Below are positions 7,666-16,865 of a stretch of 17,145 nucleotides of DNA, one piece after another; positions within the stretch are counted from its first letter, which is position 1, and every line of letters starts with the position of its first letter. Below the pieces are notes generated by a model that made no database searches, had not been told where the DNA came from, and was given only the letters and a program-made list of their open reading frames with translations. The DNA is taken from positions 1 through 17,145 of IMG/VR virus record IMGVR_UViG_2737471824_000005. One strand, written 5' to 3'. A program made the translations under genes and the position numbers. This DNA is from a virus. Its lineage: Duplodnaviria; Heunggongvirae; Uroviricota; Caudoviricetes.

Positions 7666-8364
7666 ATGCAGGATATTCCACAGGAAACACATCATGAGAC
7701 GACACGCCTCACTCAGTCAGCCCAGGTGGTGCTCTGGGAAATCGATCTGACAGTGGTCGGTGGAGAACGTTATTTTTTCTGTAATGAGCAGAACGAAAAA
7801 GGTGAGCCGGTCACCTGGCAGGGGCGACAGTATCAGGCGTATCCCATTCAGGGGACGGGATTTGAACTGAACGGCAAGGGCAGTGCTGCCCGTCCGACAC
7901 TGACGGTTTCTAACCTGCACGGCATGGTCACCGGGATGGCGGAAGACCTGCAGAGTCTGGTCGGAGGAACGGTGGTCCGGCGTAAGGTTTACGCCCGCTT
8001 TCTGGATGCGGTGAACTTCGTCAACGGAAACAGCGAAGCCGATCCGGAGCAGGAGGTGATCAGCCGCTGGCGCATCGAGCAGTGCAGCGAACTGAGCGCG
8101 GTGAGTGCCTCTTTTGTACTGTCCACGCCGACGGAAACGGACGGTGCCGTTTTTCCGGGACGTATCATGCTGGCCAACACCTGCACCTGGACCTATCGCG
8201 GTGATGAGTGCGGTTATCACGGTCCGGCGGTCGCGGATGAATATGATCAGCCGACGTCCGATATCACGAAGGATAAATGCAGCAAATGCCTGAGTGGCTG
8301 TAAGTTTCGCAATAATGTCGGCAACTTTGGCAGCTTCCTTTCCATTAACAAACTTTCGCAGTAA
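7666..8364 (+). CDS. L: minor tail protein L
   Basis: 232 aa; near-identical over long stretches to lambda gpL as recalled; AGGAGG SD. Confidence 0.9.
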   Translation: MQDIPQETHHETTRLTQSAQVVLWEIDLTVVGGERYFFCNEQNEKGEPVTWQGRQYQAYPIQGTGFELNGKGSAARPTLTVSNLHGMVTGMAEDLQSLVGGTVVRRKVYARFLDAVNFVNGNSEADPEQEVISRWRIEQCSELSAVSASFVLSTPTETDGAVFPGRIMLANTCTWTYRGDECGYHGPAVADEYDQPTSDITKDKCSKCLSGCKFRNNVGNFGSFLSINKLSQ

Positions 8365-8369
8365 ATCCC

Positions 8370-9113
8370 ATGACACAGACAGAATCAGCGATTCTGGCGC
8401 ACGCCCGGCGATGTGCGCCAGCGGAGTCGTGCGGCTTCGTGGTGAGAACGCCGGAGGGGGAAAGATATTTTCCCTGCGTGAATATCTCCGGTGAGCCGGA
8501 GGATTATTTCCGGATGGCTCCGGAGGACTGGCTGCAGACAGAAATGCAGGGTGAGATTGTGGCGCTGGTCCACAGCCACCCCGGTGGTCTGCCCTGGCTG
8601 AGTGAGGCCGACCGGCGGCTGCAGGTGCAGAGTGATTTGCCGTGGTGGCTGGTTTGCCGGGGGGCGATTCACAAGTTCCGCTGTGTGCCACATCTTTCCG
8701 GGCGGCGCTTTGAGCACGGGGTGACGGACTGTTACACGCTGTTCCGGGATGCTTACCATCTGGCGGGGATTGAGATGCCGGATTTTCATCGCGAGGATGA
8801 CTGGTGGCGTAACGGTCAGAATCTCTATCTGGATAATCTGGAGGCCACAGGGCTGTATCAGGTGCCGTTGTCAGCGGCGCAGCCGGGCGATGTGCTGCTG
8901 TGCTGTTTTGGTTCATCGGTGCCGAATCATGCCGCCATTTACTGTGGTGACAGCGAGCTGCTGCACCATATTCCTGAACAACTGAGCAAACGAGAGAGGT
9001 ACACCGACAAATGGCAGCGACGCACACACTCCCTCTGGCGTCACCGGGCATGGCACGCATCTGCCTTTACGGGGATTTACAACGATTTGGCCGCCGCATC
9101 GACCTTCGAGTGA
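8370..9113 (+). CDS. K: tail assembly protein K (JAB/MPN + NlpC/P60 domains)
   Basis: 247-aa ORF; JAMM motif 'HSHPGGLPWLSEAD'; Cys/His of NlpC/P60 ('DCYTLF', 'HAAIY'); the classically annotated 199-aa lambda K would start at internal ATG 8514. Confidence 0.85.
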   Translation: MTQTESAILAHARRCAPAESCGFVVRTPEGERYFPCVNISGEPEDYFRMAPEDWLQTEMQGEIVALVHSHPGGLPWLSEADRRLQVQSDLPWWLVCRGAIHKFRCVPHLSGRRFEHGVTDCYTLFRDAYHLAGIEMPDFHREDDWWRNGQNLYLDNLEATGLYQVPLSAAQPGDVLLCCFGSSVPNHAAIYCGDSELLHHIPEQLSKRERYTDKWQRRTHSLWRHRAWHASAFTGIYNDLAAASTFE

Positions 9114-9658
9114 AAACGGGGTCCGAAGCCATCCGGGCGCTGGCCATGCAGAACCCGGCGTTTCGTCAGAAACTGAGCGACGGCTGGTACCAGGTACGCA
9201 TTGCCGGGCGTGATGCAGGTGAAACCGAATTGTCTGCCCGTCTTAATGAGCCGCTGGCAAATGGTGCCGTGATCCACATCGTGCCGCGTCTGGCGGGAGC
9301 TAAAAGTGGAGGTGTGTTTCAGGTGGTGCTGGGGGCGGCGCTGATTGCGGTGGCATGGTGGAACCCTGTGGGCTGGCTGGGTGCCGCGGCTGTATCGGGC
9401 ATGTATGCGGCAGGGGCCAGTATGATCCTGGGCGGAGTGGCGCAGATGCTGGCACCGAAAGCCAGGACGCCCACGGCAGCAAGTACAGATAACGGCAAAC
9501 AGAACACCTATTTCTCCTCACTGGATAACATGGTTGCCCAGGGCAATGTTCTGCCGGTTCTGTACGGTGAAATGCGCGTGGGGTCTCGCGTGGTTTCTCA
9601 GGAGATCAGCACGGCAGACGAAGGGGACGGTGGTCAGGTTGTGGTGATTGGTCGCTGA
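9011..9658 (+). CDS. I: tail assembly protein I
   Basis: 215 aa, strong similarity to lambda gpI at both termini; overlaps K by 103 nt, which I recall is also true in lambda. Confidence 0.85.
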   Translation: MAATHTLPLASPGMARICLYGDLQRFGRRIDLRVKTGSEAIRALAMQNPAFRQKLSDGWYQVRIAGRDAGETELSARLNEPLANGAVIHIVPRLAGAKSGGVFQVVLGAALIAVAWWNPVGWLGAAAVSGMYAAGASMILGGVAQMLAPKARTPTAASTDNGKQNTYFSSLDNMVAQGNVLPVLYGEMRVGSRVVSQEISTADEGDGGQVVVIGR

Positions 9659-9676
9659 TGCAAAATGTTTTATGTG

Positions 9677-9696
9677 AAACCGCCTGCGGGCGGTTT
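9677..9696 (+). other. hairpin between I and J (possible attenuator)
   Basis: AAACCGCC-tgcg-GGCGGTTT 8-bp stem followed by TGTCATTT. Confidence 0.3.
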
Positions 9697-9718
9697 TGTC
9701 ATTTATGGAGCGTGAGGA

Positions 9719-10705
9719 ATGGGTAAAGGCAGCAGTAAGGGGCATACCCCGCGCGAAGCGAAGGACAACCTGAAGTCCACGCAGCTGCTGAGTGTGATCG
9801 ATGCCATCAGCGAAGGGCCGGTTGAAGGTCCGGTGGATGGATTAAAAAGCGTGCTGCTGAACAGTACGCCGGTGCTGGACAGTGATGGGAATACCAACAT
9901 CGCCGGTGTCACGGTGGTGTTCCGGGCCGGTGAGCAGGAGCAGACTCCGCCGGAGGGATTTGAATCCTCCGGCTCCGAGACGGTGTTGGGTACGGAAGTG
10001 AAATACGACACGCCGATCACCCGCGCCATCACGTCGGCAAACATCGACCGACTGCGCTTTACCTTCGGCGTGCAGGCACTGGTGGAAACCACCTCAAAGG
10101 GTGACAGGAATCCGTCGGAAGTCCGTCTGCTGGTTCAGATACAACGTAACGGTGGCTGGGTGACGGAAAAAGACATCACCATTAAGGGCAAAACCACCTC
10201 GCAGTATCTGGCCTCGGTGGTGGTGGGTAGCCTGCCGCCGCGCCCGTTTAATATCCGGATGCGCAGGATGACGCCGGACAGCACCACAGACCAGCTGCAG
10301 AACAAAACGCTCTGGTCGTCATACACCGAAATCATCGATGTGAAACAGTGCTACCCGAACACGGCACTGGTCGGCGTGCAGGTGGACTCGGAGCAGTTCG
10401 GCAGCCAGCAGGTGAGCCGTAATTATCATCTTCGCGGGCGCATTCTGCAGGTGCCGTCGAACTATAACCCGCAGACGCGGCAATACAGCGGTATCTGGGA
10501 CGGAACGTTTAAGCCGGCATACAGCAACAACCCGGCCTGGTGTCTGTGGGATATGCTGACCCACAGCAACACGTCTCTGGCGTGGGGAGCTGGCGTGCAG
10601 TTTAACCCGACCGAATCCGTGGCCATTGATATTGCTTATGAAGGCTCCGGCAGTGGCGACTGGCGCACTGACGGTTTCATCGTGGGTGTCGGTTATAAGT
10701 TCTGA
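9719..10705 (+). CDS. J: truncated tip attachment protein J (first ~283 aa) fused in-frame to the last ~45 codons of lom
   Basis: N-terminus matches lambda gpJ ('MGKGSSKGHTPREAKDNLKSTQLLSVIDAISEGP...') up to '...WCLWDMLTH'; then continues as Lom-like C-terminus 'AWGAGVQFNPTESVAIDIAYEGSGSGDWRTDGFIVGVGYKF'. Confidence 0.8.
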   Translation: MGKGSSKGHTPREAKDNLKSTQLLSVIDAISEGPVEGPVDGLKSVLLNSTPVLDSDGNTNIAGVTVVFRAGEQEQTPPEGFESSGSETVLGTEVKYDTPITRAITSANIDRLRFTFGVQALVETTSKGDRNPSEVRLLVQIQRNGGWVTEKDITIKGKTTSQYLASVVVGSLPPRPFNIRMRRMTPDSTTDQLQNKTLWSSYTEIIDVKQCYPNTALVGVQVDSEQFGSQQVSRNYHLRGRILQVPSNYNPQTRQYSGIWDGTFKPAYSNNPAWCLWDMLTHSNTSLAWGAGVQFNPTESVAIDIAYEGSGSGDWRTDGFIVGVGYKF

Positions 10706-10731
10706 TTAGCCAGGTAACACAGTGTTATGAC

Positions 10732-10759
10732 AGCCCGCCTGTTCAGGCGGGCTTTTTTG
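10732..10759 (+). terminator. rho-independent terminator after the J-lom fusion
   Basis: AGCCCGCCTG / CAGGCGGGCT stem followed by TTTTTT. Confidence 0.7.
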
Positions 10760-10769
10760 TGGGGTGAAT

Positions 10770-13700
10770 ATGGCAGTAAAGATTTCAGGTGTACTGAAAG
10801 ACGGCACAGGAAAACCGGTACAGAACTGCACAATCCAGCTGAAAGCAAAACGTAACAGCACCGCGGTGGTGGTGAACACGCTGGCCTCAGAAAATCCGGA
10901 TGAAGCCGGGCGTTACAGCATGGACGTTGAGTACGGTCAGTACAGCGTTATTCTGTTGGTGGAAGGCTTCCCGCCATCGCATGCCGGGACCATCACCGTG
11001 TATGAAGACTCACAACCGGGTACGCTGAATGATTTTCTCGGTGCCATGACGGAGGATGATGCCCGTCCGGAGGCACTGCGCCGTTTTGAGCTGATGGTGG
11101 AAGAAGTGGCGCGTAACGCGTCCGCGGTGGCACAGAACACGGCAGAGGCTGCTATTTCTGCCTCTCAGGCCGAAGAGTTCGCGAGCAATGCTTCTGAATA
11201 TGCGCTGAATAAGTTCACGTTCTATAAAACGCCGAGCGATCCGGACGGTACAATTGCAGGCCTTGCTGCTACTACCAGCGGGCAGTCTTTCCGTGTAGCG
11301 GAAGGCCCGGGAGCAACAGCGGCATTCAAAACCTACGAGAACCAGGATGGCGTGGCTATACTACAGGCTTCTCAGCCAGGCACAGCTGCTATAACAGGGA
11401 CAATCCGCGAATTTCCCACGCTGGAGGCGGCACAGGCTGATGCAGACGCTGGCAATATTCTTTCTGGTTCAAAATGCTGGGTAACCAGTGCTATAAATAC
11501 CTCGCTGGCTGACGAGTATGTAAATACATCCGGGGTTATGACTGCAACCGGGAGAACAATTATTTCCCAGTACAGCCTATCTTCGTCTATATCAAGAGAA
11601 GCAACCAGAAGAAAAAATGGTGATTATCAGGATTTGATTGAATTCAAATCTCTTGATGATACAGCACTACCATTACCGGAAAATTCAGTATTAGAATTTT
11701 TGTCTCTGGCAACCACTACGGATGTAAACACAAACTTCTATCGCCTTGTTTTTTCTTCGCTGGGTTCTGAGGTTGCGTCACTGGTTTTTCCTGGGACGAA
11801 CACCCAGTATTCTGATGGTAAATTCTGGTCAGCGTATCGCCTGTTCCGATTTCAGGATTTGAAGTATGTTTCCATTCTGGAAACGACCAGTAGTGTAGTT
11901 CGGGTTCGCTATGACCTGCCGGCTGGGTTTGGTGTTCCGGTAGCAGGCTCAAACTATATTGCACTTGATATTACAGGCAAGTTTTATCCGGCGCAGGCAG
12001 GCTCAGTTAACTCCGTCACAAGGAAGTCAATATCCGGGACAGCAATTGCCAACGCCATTCAGTTCGTGGTTACCATCGCTGAACTTACGGCTGCTGGTTA
12101 TACGGCGTCGACCGTTGTTGATTACATCAACTCAATAGCGCCAGATTGCCTCTTTGCGGCATATGCGGCATATGATACGACGATTGCCCAGACAGGGTTT
12201 GAAGATTTTTTCAGGATTCAGTTACCTGCTGGTGATTATACCGTTAGCCGTGATGGCTTTGCGCCTTCAGGACTGGCAGTGTTACCTGCCGGTGCGTATT
12301 CGGTATGGCGTAAAAAGCCTGTAAGGCAGGTATTTGTTGGAAACTTCCTGAGAAATGTTGCTGATGTTAAAAATCTGCTGTCGGCAGAATATAAAAACTA
12401 TCCCGTTGAGCTTAAGGTGTCGTTTGGTCCCGGCGAAGTGCCAGACTCCGATGCGCTGAAGGTGATGGACGCTGACGGCAACGTGTTTGACTGCCAGTTT
12501 GCGGATAACGTTTATCCCAATCCACGCCTGAAATCGAACACCGGATACCATGCCGACGGCTCCCTGGCATCAGGGTCTGTGTTCATCACCGATACCCTGG
12601 CATCAGGACAGCAGAAATATTACGAACTCAGGGCATACAATCGTCGCCGCCAGGACCTGGCCTCAGAGTCCTTCCCGCAGCTCGTGAGGGTGGCTGACGG
12701 GTTCACCGTTACCGTGGGCGGGTATGTGTATTTTTTCCAGCGCCAGAACAGCCTGGGGCTGACCAGTATCACCGACCCGGCAGGACAGACGCACAGTTTT
12801 GCGCATTCCTGTTACTGTACCGGGATTGTCTCCGGCGGATCCTCAAGTAACCAGATGGTGCTCGGTGCATCACTGCGCATGGTTAATACCGGGCCGGTCT
12901 TTACTGAGCTGGAGCTGACCGTCAGAAACCGGACCATCGGAACACTGGCTGAAGGGGCGTTACAGTCCACAGTACGCTACCGGATTTTCAAAAATGGCAA
13001 GGTGCTTATCCGGGTCATGACCACGGCTACGCAAGATATTCCGGCTGGAGTATTATTTGGTGCATATTCCCGTCTGAACCTGAATGATGGTGCATATACC
13101 TTTGATGCCGCTAGAGCACTGACGTACTGGACGGATTCAGTCACCGGCAAGCGATTTACGGCCACGACGGTCTTTGCTAATGGGGATATCCACCGAGATG
13201 GCCCTGCTTATGGGCCAACGCGCCCGATACGGGCAACGGCGCTGCAACCCACAGGCACAACAACTCGGCTGGACGCGGGATGGCTTTTCGTTGACCTGAA
13301 TGACGATTCATTCCTGAACTGGCCTGTGCCAAAAAACTGGACGTGGACACATGAGACATGGATTGACTGCGACAACACCATCACCAGTTCCACCTCAGAG
13401 GTTAATGCACTGCTGGTAAGTCAGGCTAACAACCGCCCGGTAGGGTTCATGGGTGATTGCAGTTATGCAGGTGTTCTGCGGCTGGACATGCTGGAGAAAA
13501 TCGCCTGTCACGTCAGGGGATCCGTTGAGTGGTGGAAAAGCACTGACGCTACTGTTTATGGTGGCGGACCCGATGTGAAAACGCAGTTCTATTGCCACAT
13601 GGCAGAGATTTTTCTGTTAGAAAAGTATGGCATCAGCACGCTGAACACAGTGTATACGAATTTTAAATCGTACATGAGGGGATTTGGCGGCATAACTAAT

Positions 13701-14504
13701 CCAGGTATTATGTTCACTGATGGATGGTGGGGGTTGCAGTTCCAGTCGCGTCTGAGTATTCCGTGCTATGAGTGGCTCTACAAAATGGCGGTGAAGGCCG
13801 GAGATACAGCCAAACAAACCGAGCTGAAGGCGGGGATTAAATCCCTCGCGGATGCCGTCATGGTGTCATATAACACCTATGGTGGCGTGGCTCTGGTGGG
13901 GACAGCCACAAACTCAGGAAACAGCAACTCTAACGCGACAGCCATGCGCGTGCTGGCGCTGGCGATTTATATGGGGCTGGATACCGGCGGGACGTACCTT
14001 GCTGCATTCAATGCGCTGGAGACCTTCATCACGAACTCAGCGACATTCATGAAAGCGGAAAACATTATTCTCGATGGCCCGTCGGATTCCACGCTGAAGA
14101 GCATGTACCTGCCGTACATGGTTTACGCCACTAATAACTACCTGCTGGCCTGCAAGCTGCTTAACCGGACACCAAAGTTTGACCTGGTGAATTTTATCCT
14201 GACAGCGTCAAACAGCGCGGGAGGATTCAGTGAGGTGGATTACTGCATCTCTGAAAGCCGACGTGGTGGCGCGAACACCATCGCGTTTGCGTTACTGCCG
14301 CTGTTTCAGTCCGCCAGGCCGTCAGCAATGATTGCCGCAAAATCGCTGTTCGGAATTTTTGAGACGCAGTACGGGCCGAAACCGGGACTACCAAAGCGCT
14401 TCTTTGATTTTGACGGCAGCAGTGCGGCTGGCAGCACGATGTATGACCCGTGCTTTGTGGCGTCAACGCTTGCCGACCTTTGGCTGTCATATGGCTACAA
14501 TTAA
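10770..14504 (+). CDS. stf: side tail fibre protein, chimeric: lambda Stf-like N-terminal ~150 aa plus ~1,100-aa non-Stf distal region
   Basis: ATG at 10770 (track starts at GTG 10764); N-terminus matches lambda/Rac Stf; the Ala/Ser-rich shaft and Gly/His-rich distal repeats of lambda Stf are absent. Confidence 0.8.
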   Translation: MAVKISGVLKDGTGKPVQNCTIQLKAKRNSTAVVVNTLASENPDEAGRYSMDVEYGQYSVILLVEGFPPSHAGTITVYEDSQPGTLNDFLGAMTEDDARPEALRRFELMVEEVARNASAVAQNTAEAAISASQAEEFASNASEYALNKFTFYKTPSDPDGTIAGLAATTSGQSFRVAEGPGATAAFKTYENQDGVAILQASQPGTAAITGTIREFPTLEAAQADADAGNILSGSKCWVTSAINTSLADEYVNTSGVMTATGRTIISQYSLSSSISREATRRKNGDYQDLIEFKSLDDTALPLPENSVLEFLSLATTTDVNTNFYRLVFSSLGSEVASLVFPGTNTQYSDGKFWSAYRLFRFQDLKYVSILETTSSVVRVRYDLPAGFGVPVAGSNYIALDITGKFYPAQAGSVNSVTRKSISGTAIANAIQFVVTIAELTAAGYTASTVVDYINSIAPDCLFAAYAAYDTTIAQTGFEDFFRIQLPAGDYTVSRDGFAPSGLAVLPAGAYSVWRKKPVRQVFVGNFLRNVADVKNLLSAEYKNYPVELKVSFGPGEVPDSDALKVMDADGNVFDCQFADNVYPNPRLKSNTGYHADGSLASGSVFITDTLASGQQKYYELRAYNRRRQDLASESFPQLVRVADGFTVTVGGYVYFFQRQNSLGLTSITDPAGQTHSFAHSCYCTGIVSGGSSSNQMVLGASLRMVNTGPVFTELELTVRNRTIGTLAEGALQSTVRYRIFKNGKVLIRVMTTATQDIPAGVLFGAYSRLNLNDGAYTFDAARALTYWTDSVTGKRFTATTVFANGDIHRDGPAYGPTRPIRATALQPTGTTTRLDAGWLFVDLNDDSFLNWPVPKNWTWTHETWIDCDNTITSSTSEVNALLVSQANNRPVGFMGDCSYAGVLRLDMLEKIACHVRGSVEWWKSTDATVYGGGPDVKTQFYCHMAEIFLLEKYGISTLNTVYTNFKSYMRGFGGITNPGIMFTDGWWGLQFQSRLSIPCYEWLYKMAVKAGDTAKQTELKAGIKSLADAVMVSYNTYGGVALVGTATNSGNSNSNATAMRVLALAIYMGLDTGGTYLAAFNALETFITNSATFMKAENIILDGPSDSTLKSMYLPYMVYATNNYLLACKLLNRTPKFDLVNFILTASNSAGGFSEVDYCISESRRGGANTIAFALLPLFQSARPSAMIAAKSLFGIFETQYGPKPGLPKRFFDFDGSSAAGSTMYDPCFVASTLADLWLSYGYN

Positions 14505-14662
14505 TGGAAAATAGAAATCAGGATGCTGCAGATCTGGAAATCGCAACGGAGGAAGAAACCTCGTTGCTGGAAGCCTGGAAAAAGTATCGGGTGTTGCTGA
14601 ACCGTGTTGATACATCAACTGCACCTGATATTGAGTGGCCTGCGGTCCCTGTTATGGAGTAA
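14504..14662 (+). CDS. tfa: tail fibre assembly protein remnant (C-terminal 52 codons of tfa)
   Basis: '[47 protein letters not shown]' matches the conserved Tfa C-terminus; ATG shares a base with the stf stop (TAATG). Confidence 0.6.
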   Translation: MENRNQDAADLEIATEEETSLLEAWKKYRVLLNRVDTSTAPDIEWPAVPVME

Positions 14663-14676
14663 TCGTTTTGTGATAT

Positions 14677-14710
14677 GCCGCAGCAACTTGTCATGGCAGG
14701 ATACTGCGGC
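14677..14710 (+). terminator. possible terminator of the tail fibre operon
   Basis: GCCGCAG / CTGCGGC 7-bp stem with a large 20-nt loop, followed by T-rich sequence. Confidence 0.3.
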
Positions 14711-14774
14711 TGATTTGTGAATTTAAATAGTGTGTTTATTGCTTTATATATAAAGGATTTAATGGATTACATAT

Positions 14775-16145
14775 CTATGATATCCCTGAAATGTCCTCTT
14801 CAAGCTCTTTTACTGATTTCGCAATTTTAAATTTAAATTTTCTCTCTATTTCACTATTGCTAAGTTTTTTTTCATTCTCTTTCCCTATCCACATAGAAAC
14901 AATTTCTCGTTTCTGAGATATATGTAGATTGTCAAAGTTAGGTATGTATTTAAAAGTCTCCGCTCTACCCCTGCGGAGTTCATAGAAAGTTTTAATCAAA
15001 GACTTTGGTTTTATTTCTGATGAAAGGCCGAATCGGCGGATAAGATTATTGATCGTATGATTAACAGCTCGAAGTTGAGCTGTTGACGTTATTTGTGAGA
15101 AGTACGATACCCATCCCAATCGTTTACCTTCAAACACACATCCCGTAATTCTAAGATTTAGTTTCCACTGACAATATGCAACAGCTCGTTCTTTATCGCG
15201 CTTATTTTTAGCTTGTAGTAGAGCGTGTCTATATGCAGTAAAAATTTTTGCTAAGGATGACTCAAATCTAAGAATGCTCTCATGTTTTATCAATAATTCT
15301 CGATTTTTTATGTGGTAGCCCAAAAAGTTGAAACTTTCATCCAAGCTGCCTACTTTGGATTTTGAGTTCTCTTCATTTAATGGATGTGGGTTTAAATTTA
15401 ATGATTGAAGCTTATCAATGATATGAGAAGCTATTTTTGTTGCTTGATATTTTGGTGTTAAAATAAGAATGTCATCAACGTATCGCATGTACCATATGTC
15501 ATGCATTTTATTGATTTCATCATCGAAATTAGATAGTGATATTTCAGCTAAAATGTTTGATATCGCTAATCCCTGAGGTACTCCTCTGGTATTATTAGGG
15601 ATACCTTTGCTTCCTGTGGTTCCACTTACAGTAGGCACGATTAATGATGATGTTATTAACTGTCTAATTTCTTTTTTTCTAATTTTATTTTTTATTGCAT
15701 TAATTATCAATTTATGTTCAATTGAAGGATAGAAACTTTTAAGATCTATTTTTGCATATTCAGCATATAGACTGTTGTTTAATGCTTCTTTCAATGAGTC
15801 AATTACTGTATGTGGTAGTTTTAATCTGGACTTAGGATATATTTCCGTAAGGCATTCACAGAGAGCTCTAAGAGTAATTCTGTCCCTAGCAGTTGGTATG
15901 GAAATCTGTCTGGGTGTAGAGTTAGCGCCTTTAGATATTAATTTTTCTTTATATGCTGTAAATTTGTAATTGCCAGAATTAACCTTTTCAAAAATGAAAG
16001 TGATCTCATTTTTTATTGTCAAATCAAGTTTTGATGGGCGAATCCGATCTATGCCAATCGCTCCTGATTCTTTGATTTTTTCAGAGTATACTTTTAGAAG
16101 ATTTTTTTTCGAGAATGACTTTTTAAAAATTCTGCTTGCAGTCAT
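14775..16145 (-). CDS. reverse transcriptase, retron-like or UG/Abi (DRT) type
   Basis: RT motifs: 'IGIDRIRPS', 'IDLKSFYPSI' (motif A), 'RGVPQGLAISNILAEISL' (motif B), 'YVDD' at 15471-15482 (motif C), 'FLGY', and thumb-like 'RITG' at 15141-15152; track start 16151 is TTG, first ATG is 16145; overlaps the upstream membrane gene; AT-rich. Confidence 0.9.
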   Translation of the reverse strand: MTASRIFKKSFSKKNLLKVYSEKIKESGAIGIDRIRPSKLDLTIKNEITFIFEKVNSGNYKFTAYKEKLISKGANSTPRQISIPTARDRITLRALCECLTEIYPKSRLKLPHTVIDSLKEALNNSLYAEYAKIDLKSFYPSIEHKLIINAIKNKIRKKEIRQLITSSLIVPTVSGTTGSKGIPNNTRGVPQGLAISNILAEISLSNFDDEINKMHDIWYMRYVDDILILTPKYQATKIASHIIDKLQSLNLNPHPLNEENSKSKVGSLDESFNFLGYHIKNRELLIKHESILRFESSLAKIFTAYRHALLQAKNKRDKERAVAYCQWKLNLRITGCVFEGKRLGWVSYFSQITSTAQLRAVNHTINNLIRRFGLSSEIKPKSLIKTFYELRRGRAETFKYIPNFDNLHISQKREIVSMWIGKENEKKLSNSEIERKFKFKIAKSVKELEEDISGIS

Positions 16146-16674
16146 AGTCAATCCAAAGATATATTAATGGGAGTATATAAAGTGCGGCAGTAATAAATAT
16201 TCGAAGTAATATCCATAAAATAACAATTATTTTTTCTTTTTGTGTGGGGATCCTCGTCTTAAGTCCAACTTGAGTTACCCTTGAAATTTTATCATCTATG
16301 TCACGGTGATTCTCAACCTCATTGAGCAAATTAAAATATTTTTCTTTCTGTTCAAGAGATAACTGTTGACTGGTGGTAATGTCAAAATAGAGTCGCTGTA
16401 GTGCAATATAATTCCTTCTCATGGCTATTGCTCGACCACGAAAATCTAGGTTAGATACGATCAGAGAAATACCCAGTAGAGCCACTGAAAGTATCGCCGC
16501 AACGACATCTGTATTATCTCCTAGAACCTTTGGAAATCGCAACGTTACAATTGAAAGTACCGCACTCAATATAGCATACCAAACGAGGATAAATTGAGAG
16601 TGTTTTTCAAGCCATTCTAGTCGATGGTGCGCTTGGATACGTGCTTTATATGTAAACCAAATATTGTCATGCAT
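16123..16674 (-). CDS. 3-TM membrane protein, candidate effector of the RT system
   Basis: 183 aa; hydrophobic helices 'FILVWYAILSAVLSIVTL', 'VVAAILSVALLGISLIVS' and 'IIVILWILLRIFITAALYILPLIYLWI'; AAGGA SD; 3' end overlaps the RT start by 23 nt. Confidence 0.65.
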   Translation of the reverse strand: MHDNIWFTYKARIQAHHRLEWLEKHSQFILVWYAILSAVLSIVTLRFPKVLGDNTDVVAAILSVALLGISLIVSNLDFRGRAIAMRRNYIALQRLYFDITTSQQLSLEQKEKYFNLLNEVENHRDIDDKISRVTQVGLKTRIPTQKEKIIVILWILLRIFITAALYILPLIYLWIDYDCKQNF

Positions 16675-16694
16675 AAAAGATCCTTTTTAAAAGC

Positions 16695-16829
16695 GGAAGG
16701 GGCAGGATATATTGGAACCGTTGAACATCCTGCCCGGCAGGATCAGTGAGCATAAGCTCAACAGTAAAATATTACTGTTCATTATCAGAGCCGCCCTTGC
16801 ATGCGCAAGAGGAAAAACCTGCCCCATCC
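16695..16829 (-). ncRNA. candidate structured ncRNA (retron msr-msd-like) in the leader of the RT operon
   Basis: 12-nt inverted repeats (11/12 match) at 16818-16829 and 16695-16706 flank hairpins at 16796-16809, 16760-16779 and 16747-16760, and a GGCAGGAT/ATCCTGCC palindrome at 16727-16743. Confidence 0.35.
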
Positions 16830-16835
16830 CTTTGA

Positions 16836-16865
16836 ATTATTACAATTTAATGATCTTAAAGTCAA
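16836..16865 (-). promoter_or_regulatory. putative sigma70 promoter of the RT cassette
   Basis: On - strand: TTGACT (16860-16865), then TG-extended -10 (TAATAA/AATAAT, 16836-16844); predicted start falls at the first base of the upstream inverted repeat. Confidence 0.4.

Noticed and set aside
7717-9060. 447-aa minus-strand ORF
   Set aside because: It lies antisense to the well-supported L and K genes, and its product is Pro/Ala/Arg-rich low-complexity sequence typical of a spurious frame in GC-rich DNA.
9011-9113. 103-nt overlap between K and I as a possible frameshift or annotation artefact
   Set aside because: Both proteins are intact and lambda-like at both termini, and as I recall lambda K and I overlap by a similar amount, so this is most likely native.
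14693-14700. GGCAGGAT 8-mer near the RT cassette's right edge, also present in the leader repeats, as a possible insertion-site duplication
   Set aside because: A single shared 8-mer is close to chance expectation at this window size, and the flanking bases do not match well enough to call a target-site duplication or att site.
14775-16145. Reverse transcriptase as a group II intron-encoded protein
   Set aside because: The upstream sequence is a coupled membrane-protein ORF rather than intron RNA domains, and no endonuclease domain is evident. A retron or UG/DRT-type RT fits better.
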